Shown one piece after another: positions 8,006 to 17,212 of a stretch of 41,461 bases of DNA. The notes below the pieces were generated by a model. It had not been told where the DNA came from. It saw nothing but the letters and a program-made list of their open reading frames with translations, and made no database searches. The stretch's first letter is position 1. Every line of letters starts with the position of its first letter. A program made the translations under genes and the position numbers. Origin of the DNA: a virus (taxonomy: Duplodnaviria > Caudoviricetes); IMG/VR virus record IMGVR_UViG_3300037755_000658, positions 1 to 41,461 of that record; one strand, 5' to 3'.

Positions 8006-8404
8006 TCAGGCCAGACGCCGTCGCCCGCGCTCGTCCTGCTCCCTGCCCTTCCGCAGAAGATCGATCAACGTGCGCCGGTCGTCCTCGGAGAGAGCCATCT
8101 CCCAGATCGCACGCTCATAGCGATCGGACAGATCGGCATATGGGGGCTCAGTGGTGATGTCGGCCAGTTCAATCGGCGTGCCATCGCGGTAAGCGCGGCT
8201 GATAGTGCCGGCCTTGAGGCCGAGAGCCTTCTCCCAAGCTGGACGCTTGCTGAGCCTGATCTCGGTATGCCCCCGCTCGGTAACGCTGACCGTCGGCGTG
8301 GCGATGCCAATGCGTCGCGCGAGCGCTTCCTGAGTCAGATCCAGTTCCTCGCGGCAGCGCGCGAGCTGCTGGCCGACCGAGGTGGGGCTCGGATTTTGGC
8401 TCAT
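8006..8404 (-). CDS. Immunity repressor (cI-like XRE HTH)
   Basis: LARCREELDLTQEALARRIGIATPTVSVTERG; GGAG RBS; divergent from Cro-like gene. Confidence 0.85.
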   Translation of the reverse strand: MSQNPSPTSVGQQLARCREELDLTQEALARRIGIATPTVSVTERGHTEIRLSKRPAWEKALGLKAGTISRAYRDGTPIELADITTEPPYADLSDRYERAIWEMALSEDDRRTLIDLLRKGREQDERGRRRLA

Positions 8405-8437
8405 GTCTCCAAACCTTGGCACTCGCTCTTCAAAAAA

Positions 8438-8542
8438 TCTACATGGACTCTAAGTAGTCGCTCACATCTCACAACAGTCTCCCCTTCGATCATCCACAAG
8501 ACGCTTGCGAATCTAATTAGACTCTGCTTAGATCTACGTATG
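8438..8542. promoter_or_regulatory. Genetic switch: TCTAnnTAGA-like operators and rightward promoter (-35 TTGCGA 8505-8510, -10 TAGATC 8529-8534)
   Basis: Five related 10-mers at 8438, 8449, 8512, 8523, 8533; 18-nt promoter spacer; ATG 5 nt after -10 suggests leaderless mRNA. Confidence 0.65.
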
Positions 8543-8779
8543 CCACCCAGATCAGACGGGGTGCAGATCCGCCGTCGCCGCATGCTCATAGGTCTCTCGA
8601 TCACCGAGTTCGCGAAGAAGACGGGCTACACCCTCAACCACGTCAGCCAAGTCGAGCTCGGCAACAACAAGGCCGGCCCCGTCTTTCTCCGCAAGGCCGC
8701 CGAGATCTTCAGTTGCCAGGTGAGCGACCTCATGACTGAGGAGTCCCAGGAGGAATCGGGTCAGGGGCGCGTGGCGTGA
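8540..8779 (+). CDS. Cro-like XRE HTH protein
   Basis: IRRRRMLIGLSITEFAKKTGYTLNHVSQVELG; 79 aa. Confidence 0.85.
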   Translation: MPPRSDGVQIRRRRMLIGLSITEFAKKTGYTLNHVSQVELGNNKAGPVFLRKAAEIFSCQVSDLMTEESQEESGQGRVA

Positions 8780-8961
8780 TGTGTCGTACGCGGGATGAGG
8801 CGTTTGAGGCCGGGTTTACCGCGCCGTGCGAGCACGGCGTGCCCTTGCCGAGGGACTGCCCGCGCTGTCGTCTCACCGATGCGGAGATCAGCCGGCTGGC
8901 TGTCCTGCACCGCCGGTACCTGCGCGCTGTCACCGACAGCCGGACCGGCAGCGCTGCCTGA
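8776..8961 (+). CDS. Small Cys-rich early protein
   Basis: GTGA overlap with Cro; CEHG...CPRC. Confidence 0.6.
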   Translation: MMCRTRDEAFEAGFTAPCEHGVPLPRDCPRCRLTDAEISRLAVLHRRYLRAVTDSRTGSAA

Positions 8962-8973
8962 CCCCATGCAGAA

Positions 8974-9007
8974 GGGGCCGCCCCAAACGCCCGCCTGGGA
9001 CGGCCCC
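8974..9007 (+). terminator. Hairpin after cro operon (tR1-like)
   Basis: GGGGCCGCCCCA...TGGGACGGCCCC. Confidence 0.5.
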
Positions 9008-9046
9008 CAGTCCACCTACACCACCTCGAGGAGAGAGGCAGACCTC

Positions 9047-9655
9047 ATGTCTGAGCTTACCGTTCCCATCCCTCCAGAGTCGGGCCCGCGGTTTTGCGGT
9101 GCCCGCCGCGCCGGCTACGTCCTGGCCCAGTGGCCCTGCGCCCGTCTGCCGCATGCGGACGGCGAGCACAGTGATGTCCACGGTGTCACCTGGCCCATGA
9201 CCCCCACAGAGCCCTCCGTACGGGCTGCTGCCGGTGTGATCGCCGCTGAGATGGCGAAGGGACACAGCACCGCTGTAGAGATCGCCACCGCCGAGGCCTC
9301 CGCGGGGATCCTGTTCGACCCGCAGCGCGCCGAGGATATCCGCCAGGCCGCCCGTGAGCAGGCAGCCGCCGAGTACCGCGCCGAACTCGACCGGCTCCGC
9401 GAGTACACCGCCTCGCTCGAGTACCTCAAGGCGTATCTCGACGCCGTACGGCAGCTGTGTGCGGGCCGCCCTGACACGGACCTGATGACTGTCAAGGAGA
9501 TCCTGGGCGCCACCGGTGCCACCACGCCGGCCACGCGGAGCGGGGCGGACCGGTTGGCAGCTCAGGCCGCGGCTGGGAAGGACACCCCCACTGGGGGCGG
9601 GTTCACCCGCACCGCGGCCGCCGGCGACCAGCTCGCCGAGGGGGGTGAGCGGTGA
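9047..9655 (+). CDS. Hypothetical early protein
   Basis: GAGAGG RBS; GC3-rich frame; overlaps next ORF. Confidence 0.65.
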   Translation: MSELTVPIPPESGPRFCGARRAGYVLAQWPCARLPHADGEHSDVHGVTWPMTPTEPSVRAAAGVIAAEMAKGHSTAVEIATAEASAGILFDPQRAEDIRQAAREQAAAEYRAELDRLREYTASLEYLKAYLDAVRQLCAGRPDTDLMTVKEILGATGATTPATRSGADRLAAQAAAGKDTPTGGGFTRTAAAGDQLAEGGER

Positions 9656-9843
9656 TGCCCCGCGCATACCGGGAGCCGGGCGGGATGTCGCTGGCCCGCA
9701 TGGTCTGGCGCACCGTCAGCACGAATGTGGGCATCCTCGGCTGGGTCTATGCGACCTATCTGGCCGTCGTGTACTGGCTGCTGCCCGCCCTGATGCGCTG
9801 GGGCGTGCCCATCCCGGTCTGGTTCGAGGTGGTGGCACGGTGA
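9655..9843 (+). CDS. Small membrane protein
   Basis: Trp/Tyr-rich TM segment; coupled on both sides. Confidence 0.6.
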   Translation: MPRAYREPGGMSLARMVWRTVSTNVGILGWVYATYLAVVYWLLPALMRWGVPIPVWFEVVAR

Positions 9844-10067
9844 GGCCGCTGGATATCGCCGAGATGCGATGCGCACACATGCCCTACGCAGACCAGGAGA
9901 CGTTCCTGTGGATGTTCGTCATGGGCTGTGCGGACGCCGAGGCCGGGGCGGATGACGAAGTCCGCGCGCGGGAGCTGCAGGCCGCGGGCCAGGACACAGC
10001 GCTGGCCGGATACATCGAGGGCCTGGCCTCGACCCGACAACTCCCCGGATGGAGGTACCGCTGGTGA
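9840..10067 (+). CDS. Hypothetical protein
   Basis: GTGA overlaps on both sides. Confidence 0.55.
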   Translation: MRPLDIAEMRCAHMPYADQETFLWMFVMGCADAEAGADDEVRARELQAAGQDTALAGYIEGLASTRQLPGWRYRW

Positions 10068-10357
10068 CACTGCTGTTCGAGGACCCGCCCGAGGATGACC
10101 AGCGTCGCGGGGAGTGGGGAATCCACCGCCGGCACGCGGCCCAGCTGCGGCAGCAGCCGGGCCAGTGGGCAGTCGTCGGCATCTATCGCACCTCCCGCAG
10201 TTCGGGATCGCTGGCCTACCAGATCCGCAAGGGCAGCTTGCCGGCCTACGCCCCCGCGGGGGCGTTCGAGGCCAGGGCCTGCACGGTCGACGGCGAGCAT
10301 CGCGTCTATGTGCGGTTCGTCGGCCACCTGGCGCCAGGTGGTGACGGCGATGTCTGA
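10064..10357 (+). CDS. Hypothetical actinophage protein
   Basis: AAQLRQQPGQWAVV...FEAR...VYVRFVG pattern familiar from actinophages; GGAGG RBS. Confidence 0.7.
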   Translation: MTLLFEDPPEDDQRRGEWGIHRRHAAQLRQQPGQWAVVGIYRTSRSSGSLAYQIRKGSLPAYAPAGAFEARACTVDGEHRVYVRFVGHLAPGGDGDV

Positions 10358-10817
10358 GCCGCTCGCTGAGGATGCTCTCGCGCGGATGCGCCAGGCCGGG
10401 CTGGTCCTGCCGAAGGATCCGGCGCCGGGGCAGCGGTGGCTGCCCCGGACCCCGGCCGAGGCTCATCTGCTGCGCCAGGCGCAGCAGCTGGATGTCATGC
10501 GGCAGCGTCTGCTCGCCGAGGTCGGCCGGCTGCGCCACGACCGTCGCAGTGCCACGACCCCGGTCTGTGCGCCCGGGCCGGATACGTGTCCGCTGACACC
10601 CTCGCAGCTGCTGTACGTGGCCGCAGCCGCCGGCGGCGAGAGCGTCGATACCACCGCCCGCCGCCTCTTCGTGAGCCCACACACCATCAGGACGCACCGG
10701 GTACGTGCCCTGCGGCGGCTCGGCGCACGGGATATGGCGCACGCCGTGTGGCTCGCGACGGCTGCTGGGTGGCTCACCCCCGACCACATCGCCCCGGGCG
10801 GGGGTGGTGCCCCGTGA
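10350..10817 (+). CDS. LuxR-type HTH regulator
   Basis: PLTPSQ...ARRLFVSPHTIRTH...RRLGARDMAHAV. Confidence 0.8.
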   Translation: MSEPLAEDALARMRQAGLVLPKDPAPGQRWLPRTPAEAHLLRQAQQLDVMRQRLLAEVGRLRHDRRSATTPVCAPGPDTCPLTPSQLLYVAAAAGGESVDTTARRLFVSPHTIRTHRVRALRRLGARDMAHAVWLATAAGWLTPDHIAPGGGGAP

Positions 10818-11164
10818 TGTTCGGGCTGCTGATCATCGTCATGGCCGCTGTGGCGTGGGCGGTCTTCGCCGGTGTCGATCCGATGTGGCTGCTCGGCGCC
10901 GCTGTTGCCATCGCCGGGCCGGGTTGGGTGGCGTGCGCGGTCGCCGAGTGGCGCCACGGCCGCCGTGACCCGGTCATGACCCGGGACCGGCCCGCCCGGC
11001 CTGTCCGGCGCCTGGGCCTGTCCCGGCTCGCGTCCTTATGGATCAGCGCCCATCTCGGCCCGGCCCCCAGGGACCACCATCACCGCGCCCCGCGGCCGCG
11101 CGTCCGCCCGGACCTGCCCTCCACATCACCCATTCCACGCCAGAGGAAGACCCCCCGAAAATGA
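10817..11164 (+). CDS. Membrane protein
   Basis: Two N-terminal TM helices; TGATG coupling. Confidence 0.6.
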   Translation: MFGLLIIVMAAVAWAVFAGVDPMWLLGAAVAIAGPGWVACAVAEWRHGRRDPVMTRDRPARPVRRLGLSRLASLWISAHLGPAPRDHHHRAPRPRVRPDLPSTSPIPRQRKTPRK

Positions 11165-11448
11165 CCACCGATGGCTGGGAGATCTGGGCGGTGCTGATCG
11201 GCCCGTGGCTCACCGGCGCACTGATATGGCTGAGCCTCCCCCTCGTGGCAGCAGTGCTGCTCGCCCGCGGCGTTGTCTGGCTCGCCCGCACCGCGGTTGA
11301 CAGTCGGCGGCGCCCGGCACCCGTCGAGGTGTACGACGCCGACGGCGACGGGGGGCAGGACGGGCTGGAAGAGGACGACGGCGTCGAGCCGGGCTTCCTG
11401 TACTGCGAACGCTGCCGCGCCGTGTGTGAGCACCGCATCGGCCAGTAG
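11161..11448 (+). CDS. Membrane protein with C-terminal CxxC
   Basis: ATGA overlap; TM segment; YCERC..CEH. Confidence 0.6.
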   Translation: MTTDGWEIWAVLIGPWLTGALIWLSLPLVAAVLLARGVVWLARTAVDSRRRPAPVEVYDADGDGGQDGLEEDDGVEPGFLYCERCRAVCEHRIGQ

Positions 11449-11536
11449 CCCCGGCCCTGATGACTGCCGGGCGGGCGCGACGAGAGCACTTATCCGCCCC
11501 GCCCGCCCGGCCCCAACCCACCCTTTGGAGTACCGC

Positions 11537-12334
11537 ATGCACAACCTCGCACCGGCCAACGCCCCATGGTTCGAGCACCTGACCGACAGCGTGCGCGCCC
11601 TCGGGGAGGCCGCCCACGAGTGGCAGATCGCCGACAAGAACGCCAGCCTCCTCGAGGCCGGCGTCGACCTGCAGCGCCGCAACCTCCACGAGGGCAAGAT
11701 CGCCGTCCATGGGCCCGCGGCCCGCGGCTGGGACAGCAAGCCCCGCCCGCGCGGGCCGCACGAGCACGCCGTGTTCGACCTGCAGAAGATCTACATGAAG
11801 CACAGCTTCCGCACCCGCCGCAGGTACTGCCACGCCGCGCTGCTGTTCGCGTCCGGGGCGGCCTGGGCCATCGCCCAAGTGCAGGCCGGAGATCAGCCGG
11901 AGCAGGTGCTCTTCCCGCTCGACGAGGACCGGGATCCCATTCCCGGCGACTACAAGATCGGCGGCCTCGGCAACTACATCAACGCCAAGAAGATCGCTAC
12001 GGCGTACGAGCAGGTCCTGTCCATGGACCTGGCCGGAGAGCACGCCGAGTACCTGGCCGGCCGTGACTACGTCGCCGACCACGAGGCTGCCGAGATGTTC
12101 CGGGAATCGGAGCACGCCCAGGGCCTTCCGGATGCCGCCTACGCCTATGGGCGGCTCGCCGAGGGCGCCCTGCAGTTCGTGCTGCTGGAACCCAAGCAGG
12201 AGCACCGCAAGCAGCTCGCCGAGCAGCGTGCCACCCAGGAGCAGGCGCCCGCCGACCCGGAGGACGTTTTCGACTACGGCATGGACCGCGAGCCCCTCGA
12301 CGGGCACAGCAACGACCGGGACGGCGAGGAGTGA
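11537..12334 (+). CDS. Hypothetical protein (265 aa)
   Basis: GGAG RBS; strong GC3 bias. Confidence 0.75.
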   Translation: MHNLAPANAPWFEHLTDSVRALGEAAHEWQIADKNASLLEAGVDLQRRNLHEGKIAVHGPAARGWDSKPRPRGPHEHAVFDLQKIYMKHSFRTRRRYCHAALLFASGAAWAIAQVQAGDQPEQVLFPLDEDRDPIPGDYKIGGLGNYINAKKIATAYEQVLSMDLAGEHAEYLAGRDYVADHEAAEMFRESEHAQGLPDAAYAYGRLAEGALQFVLLEPKQEHRKQLAEQRATQEQAPADPEDVFDYGMDREPLDGHSNDRDGEE

Positions 12335-12747
12335 GCGGCGTCGACCAGCATGCCGAGGCGCACCGGCTGAAGGACGAGCTCGGCTACGGGGCGCGGCGGA
12401 TCGGCAAGGAGCTCGGCATCAGCCGGTACGCGGCCGAGCAGCTGCTCGCGCGGCCAGTGGCTGAGCCGGTCGGCCAGGTGGCTGACGAAGTGGCCGTCCA
12501 GGTGGCCGAGCATCTGGCTGATGGCGGGCGCCTGGTGATCGCGCTGGACCAGTTCCCGGGTCTGGCCGAGGACCTGGCCGTCCTGCGGCGCACCGGATGC
12601 ACCGCGCAGGCAGCAGTGGACTACGCCGTGGCGATCCTGGCTGAGGCCTACCGCAACGCCCTGCGGGATGGCCTGCTGGCCGAGGATGAACCGCTGGATG
12701 TCACGGGTATGGAGATCCGGCCGGCCACCACTGCGGCGGTGTCCTGA
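12331..12747 (+). CDS. HTH-containing protein
   Basis: LGYGARRIGKELGISRY HTH; GTGA overlap. Confidence 0.7.
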   Translation: MSGVDQHAEAHRLKDELGYGARRIGKELGISRYAAEQLLARPVAEPVGQVADEVAVQVAEHLADGGRLVIALDQFPGLAEDLAVLRRTGCTAQAAVDYAVAILAEAYRNALRDGLLAEDEPLDVTGMEIRPATTAAVS

Positions 12748-13193
12748 TGACGGGGCGGCCCACCCCGATGGATCTGGCCCGGCTCGCCCAGCGGTCTCGG
12801 TCTGCCGTACAGCCCGCGCCGCCCCGCGCTGCCGCGTCGCAGCCTCCCGGCATGCCGTCGGCGGCCGCAGGCGGGCACCGTGCCCTGTACGAGCGGGCTG
12901 TTCGCTACTCCGGTCTGCATCCCATCGACCGGCTGATGGCCCTGACCTTGTCGTCTCTGGCCACCTGGGACACCCCGGCCGGCCGCATTCCCAGGCGCCG
13001 CTGCCCGTCCATCGCCCATATGACCGCCGCTACCGGCCTGCACACCGGCCAGACCCACAACTCGCTGCGGACGCTGCAGGACATCGGCTGGATCTCGCGC
13101 ACCGACTGCACCGGCGCATGGTCACTACGTGGCCGCTTCGCCATCGACCTGCACATCCCGCCCAACCACATCCCACCCGGAACCCATCCATGA
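12747..13193 (+). CDS. Winged-HTH protein (replication-associated)
   Basis: PSIAHMTAATGL...LRTLQDIGWI pattern. Confidence 0.6.
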   Translation: MTGRPTPMDLARLAQRSRSAVQPAPPRAAASQPPGMPSAAAGGHRALYERAVRYSGLHPIDRLMALTLSSLATWDTPAGRIPRRRCPSIAHMTAATGLHTGQTHNSLRTLQDIGWISRTDCTGAWSLRGRFAIDLHIPPNHIPPGTHP

Positions 13194-13414
13194 CCGCGAC
13201 GCAGTTATCGCTGCTGCCCGAGGATCCCCCGCGGTGGGGCGGCCCCGCGCTCGTCCCCGCCGGGCTGATCGTCACCAGCGGCCGCACTGAATACACCGTC
13301 CACTGCGGCGGCGAGGGCGGCTGCGGCCAGATCCACCGCCACATCCTGCCCGGCATCCGCCGCGGACCCTGCGGCGCCATCTACACCATCCCCGGCCCAG
13401 ACGACCCGGCCTGA
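13190..13414 (+). CDS. Small Cys/His protein
   Basis: ATGA overlap; C...CGQIHRH...PC. Confidence 0.6.
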   Translation: MTATQLSLLPEDPPRWGGPALVPAGLIVTSGRTEYTVHCGGEGGCGQIHRHILPGIRRGPCGAIYTIPGPDDPA

Positions 13415-13496
13415 CCCCGGTCGGCCCGGCCACGGCCGGGATCTTGCGTAAACGGTTCGCCACTCGCCACCCCTTGAGCACCCCAGGAGCAGCGCC

Positions 13497-14480
13497 GTGC
13501 ACGACGCCCAGCCGCCTAAGAACGGCGGTATCCCACACTCCTACCGCCTCGCGCTCGCCTGGCGCTGGATCCCCGGCATGCCGCGGCAATTGCGCCGCCG
13601 TAAGGGCTTCCTGACGGCCCTCCACACGCTCAGCACGATGGCCGACGCCCGCGGCCGCACTCGGTTCGCCGACACCGGCCAGCCGATCCGGCTGCGGCAA
13701 CTGGCCGACGCGATGGGTTCCGACGAGAAGGAAGCCCGACGCTACCTGTCGGCGGCCATCGCCGCCGGCGTGCTGGGAACCGAATCCGACCCCCGCCGCG
13801 GCCGCACAACCGTCTACATCCTCATCCTGGCCCCCTCCCCGCGCTGGGCGGCGGCCGCCGCCGTGCTCGACGTCGGCGGCCGCGAGCACGCCCCGGACAC
13901 GACGCTGCCGGCGTCCGCGGAGGCCGAGCACGCACGCGCCGACGAGCCCAGCCAGGACAGCGAGTTCGGGGGACGGGTCCCCGAACTCGCCCCCGCCCCC
14001 GCAGCCGTGAGTTCGGGGGACGGGTCCCCGTTCTCACCGGAACAAGTTCGGGGGACGGGTCCCCGTTGCAGTTCGGGGGACGGGTCCCCGTTGAGTTCGG
14101 GGGACGGGTCCCCCAATAACCCAGGAGTACCCAAGAACTACCCCCAGGAGATGGTTGCTGTAGGACCTCAACCTGACGGCGCACGCGGGCGCGGACCCCA
14201 CGCCCCGCACCCCGATGTCGATGACCACCGCCCGCCACCGGCTGCCCGGCCCCCGCTGCGCTCCGTCCCCAGCCCGCTGCCCGGCACACGTGCGCCGCGC
14301 CGCGCCATACCCGATGGCCAGACCCCGCTTGTGATGGCCGTTCCCGGCCCCAGACGGCCCGCTGACGGCCTCCCAGCCCCCGGGCCGGGTATCACCGCCT
14401 CCGACATCAAACGCGACGGCTGGAGAGCCACCTTCGCCGATTTGCACCACGCTATGTACCACGACCCCACCGGAACCTGA
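13497..14480 (+). CDS. Replication initiator-like wHTH protein containing the iterons
   Basis: LRQLADAMGSDEKEARRYLSAAIAAGVL wHTH; internal iteron array as in lambda O; AGGAG RBS. Confidence 0.7.
   Translation: MHDAQPPKNGGIPHSYRLALAWRWIPGMPRQLRRRKGFLTALHTLSTMADARGRTRFADTGQPIRLRQLADAMGSDEKEARRYLSAAIAAGVLGTESDPRRGRTTVYILILAPSPRWAAAAAVLDVGGREHAPDTTLPASAEAEHARADEPSQDSEFGGRVPELAPAPAAVSSGDGSPFSPEQVRGTGPRCSSGDGSPLSSGDGSPNNPGVPKNYPQEMVAVGPQPDGARGRGPHAPHPDVDDHRPPPAARPPLRSVPSPLPGTRAPRRAIPDGQTPLVMAVPGPRRPADGLPAPGPGITASDIKRDGWRATFADLHHAMYHDPTGT
13963..14113. repeat. Putative replication origin: five identical 20-nt iterons AGTTCGGGGGACGGGTCCCC
   Basis: Copies at 13963, 14010, 14045, 14070, 14094; first copy lies within a larger inverted repeat. 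Confidence 0.85.
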
Positions 14481-14495
14481 AAGGAGCCCCGTGCC

Positions 14496-14819
14496 ATGCC
14501 GTACCCGAACCCGCGCCCAGCCGCCCCCTCCGGCCCTGGCACATGCCCCCACTGCCGGCAGCCCGTGCTGTGGACCATCACCACCAACGGCCGCCAACAG
14601 CCCATCGACCCCGAACCCGACCCCACCGGCCGCGTCGCCGTCTACCAAGACCCACCCGGCCGCTACCGCTCCCGCCAACTCACCACCGACCGACCCACCC
14701 CCGAACACGCCGAAGTGCTCTACACGGCCCACGCCGCCACCTGCACCCACCCACAACCACGCCCCCCACGCCAACCACGCCGCCGCACCGGCATACGCCC
14801 CCACCAGTGGCAACGATGA
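14496..14819 (+). CDS. Zinc-binding hypothetical protein
   Basis: CPHC...HAATC; AAAGGAG RBS. Confidence 0.7.
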   Translation: MPYPNPRPAAPSGPGTCPHCRQPVLWTITTNGRQQPIDPEPDPTGRVAVYQDPPGRYRSRQLTTDRPTPEHAEVLYTAHAATCTHPQPRPPRQPRRRTGIRPHQWQR

Positions 14820-15049
14820 CCCAACCCATCACCGGCCGCCGCCTCCAAGTCGTACAACTCGCCGCCCACGGCTACACCAACACCGAAATCGCCCACCGCA
14901 TGTACCTCAGCCCCGAAACCATCAAAACCCACCTACAAACCGCCTACCGACAACTCGGCGCCCGCGACCGCACCCACGCCGTCGCCCTCGCCATCCGCGC
15001 CGGCCTCATCAACCCCCACACCATCCAACCCACCAGGAGGACCCGATGA
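14816..15049 (+). CDS. Stand-alone LuxR/GerE HTH protein
   Basis: GYTNTEIAHRMYLSPETIKTHL...LGARDRTHAV. Confidence 0.85.
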   Translation: MTQPITGRRLQVVQLAAHGYTNTEIAHRMYLSPETIKTHLQTAYRQLGARDRTHAVALAIRAGLINPHTIQPTRRTR

Positions 15050-15228
15050 CCACCGAGGAGATCCGCGCCCGCGCCGCGCTCGGGCCCGTCCGCGAGGTAG
15101 TGGCCACGGCCGGATGGCCGCCGGTCGCCATCCCGGGGCGCCCCGGCTGGTACCGCCACCTCGTCGACGGCCGCCAGGTCGACCTGCCCACCAACGCACC
15201 GCAGAAGGGCCAGGACGCACGTGATTGA
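15046..15228 (+). CDS. Small hypothetical protein
   Basis: AGGAGG RBS; ATGA overlap. Confidence 0.65.
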   Translation: MTTEEIRARAALGPVREVVATAGWPPVAIPGRPGWYRHLVDGRQVDLPTNAPQKGQDARD

Positions 15229-15315
15229 CCCGACTGTCCAGCACCTGATGGCTCTCCCTGCCCCGCAGGGCGTACCCGTGTCAGAAGTGTCAGAAACGCA
15301 GGTCACCGACCAGCA

Positions 15316-16728
15316 GTGATCACCGACCCCCACGACTCCCCGCACTGCTGGTCTTCCGCCGAAGTCGGCACCCCCGACGCCGTCATCCGCACCATCGCAT
15401 GCGCCCGAGGACGGCACCGGTGGGGCAAGCACCGCAACCGCAACGTCCAGTGGGCCTGCCCACCCCGCTGCAGTTGCATCCGTCACGCCACGCGAAGACA
15501 GGCAGCAGAAGGCCCGGCACGCACGCCAACCCAACAACGACACCACCCAGGAGCAGCGATGACCGACCTCAGCCCCACCGACACACTCCGCGCTGCAGCT
15601 GATCGGCTCACCCTGCCCGGCGCGCCCATCCTGGTCGCACCACGCCTCGTGAAGCCGCTCGCCAAGCTGTTGGAGCACACCGCGCAGTTCGCCAGTCTGT
15701 ATGCCGACCTGTCCCGCGCATCTGGTGTCGAGCCGACCGAAAAGGACCACGACAAGACTGTCCGCGCCGCCCTCGCGGTGGCCCGCGCGATCCTCGCCGA
15801 TGCCCCGCCGGACGGCCCCACACCGCCCCAGACGGCCGCAGACACCCCGGGCGCATCATCCGACACACCGACCGCCCCCACGCCGCCACAGGCCCACACA
15901 GCAGATCCAGGCACCGGGCTGTCCGTCCAACTCGACGACGCCCTCTGGGACGCCATAGCCGTCCCCGGCCCGAAGGAGCCGACGTTCGTACAGCAGCACC
16001 AGCGCGTCTGCCGCGTCGTCGCCGAGCACCTACAAGCCCTCGCCACCGCACAGGATGAGGACATGCGGGGACGCACCGTCTACACCTGCCCCGGCGAGAC
16101 CGTGCCCGCCGAGCTCCGCGAGCGGCTCACCCAGGCCATCGACAAAGCCCGCATCTGGCACGCCACCGACGGCACCGGCACCTGGGGCTACACCCAAACA
16201 CCCGCCATCACAAACGCCGTACTCACCGCCCTCGACCACGAGATGCAGCAGATCCGGCAGCGCGCCGAGCAGGCCGAGGCCGCCATAGTCCGCGTACTCG
16301 ACATCCCACGCCTCCCACACCACTCCCAGCAGACCGGCGAACTCGGCCGCGCCTACACCCGAGGCTGGGAATCCGTAATCAGTGCCATCGACGCCGCCTT
16401 CGATGAGCCCGTGTCCGATCCGCTGCCAGTCACCGCGTGCAGGCGCACCGACCGGCACGGCTACCACATGTGGGGGCAGCAAGACGACACGCCCGCGTTC
16501 TGCCCCGGCTACCCCGCGCACGTGATCGGCCCCGCCAACGACCTGGCCCAACCCCAGGACGGGCCAGCTGAGGCCGCCGCCGAGGGGCGTCCGCGCTGCC
16601 CGCACTGCCAACTCCCGCACGACCTGGAGCCCGACAGCACCGCCGTAGCTGCATGCCGGTCGATCCGCGTCAGCCTCGCCGCCCCAGACGCACCCACCCA
16701 GCCAACGCCCACCCCGGAGCAGCAGTGA
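15316..16728 (+). CDS. Mosaic hypothetical protein (start may be ATG 15559)
   Basis: Long ORF in operon direction; AGGAG RBS before 15559. Confidence 0.6.
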   Translation: MITDPHDSPHCWSSAEVGTPDAVIRTIACARGRHRWGKHRNRNVQWACPPRCSCIRHATRRQAAEGPARTPTQQRHHPGAAMTDLSPTDTLRAAADRLTLPGAPILVAPRLVKPLAKLLEHTAQFASLYADLSRASGVEPTEKDHDKTVRAALAVARAILADAPPDGPTPPQTAADTPGASSDTPTAPTPPQAHTADPGTGLSVQLDDALWDAIAVPGPKEPTFVQQHQRVCRVVAEHLQALATAQDEDMRGRTVYTCPGETVPAELRERLTQAIDKARIWHATDGTGTWGYTQTPAITNAVLTALDHEMQQIRQRAEQAEAAIVRVLDIPRLPHHSQQTGELGRAYTRGWESVISAIDAAFDEPVSDPLPVTACRRTDRHGYHMWGQQDDTPAFCPGYPAHVIGPANDLAQPQDGPAEAAAEGRPRCPHCQLPHDLEPDSTAVAACRSIRVSLAAPDAPTQPTPTPEQQ

Positions 16729-17096
16729 TCCGCGACGCCCTCGACCAGCCCCAGGAGCGCATGGGCCACCCGTTGCGCGTGTACGTGTCCGGCCCCTACA
16801 GCGCCGACCCGGAACACCACACGCAGGCCGCCATCGACGCCGCGGACCAGCTCCTCGCTGCCGGCCACGCCCCCTACGTGCCCCACCTCAAGCACCCATG
16901 GGTCCAGGCCACCAGCCACCCGTACGAAGTGTGGCTCGGCCTCGACATCGCCTGGCTCCAGGTGGCTGACGCGGTCCTCCGACTCCCCGGCACATCACCC
17001 GGCGCCGACCGCGAGACAGCGCTCGCCGAGCAGCTCGGCATCCCCGTCCACCACAACATCCAAGACCTGCTCGCCGCCACCACCACGGAGCACTGA
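16725..17096 (+). CDS. DUF4406-like / nucleoside 2-deoxyribosyltransferase-fold protein
   Basis: VYVSGPYS...PYVPH...DAVLRLPGTSPGADRE...LGIPV. Confidence 0.75.
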   Translation: MIRDALDQPQERMGHPLRVYVSGPYSADPEHHTQAAIDAADQLLAAGHAPYVPHLKHPWVQATSHPYEVWLGLDIAWLQVADAVLRLPGTSPGADRETALAEQLGIPVHHNIQDLLAATTTEH

Positions 17097-17212
17097 CCCC
17101 ATCTCGCGCGTGCCTGCGTTCACGCGCGCGCAATCGCAGGCACGCGTGCGCGCGCGAGACACCACCCCTACCCGCCAGTACAAGTGACCACCCGCCACCC
17201 ACCGGAGACCCG

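Noticed and set aside
8498-8539. Full self-targeting of the Cro promoter by guide 1
   Set aside because: Only 12 of 28 specified bases match; better explained by a related foreign target or by chance
7937-8779. 280-aa version of the Cro ORF
   Set aside because: Overlaps the repressor on the opposite strand; HTH and promoter point to ATG 8540
13963-14113. CRISPR array
   Set aside because: Gaps between copies are 4-27 nt and irregular, within a coding replication gene; fits iterons
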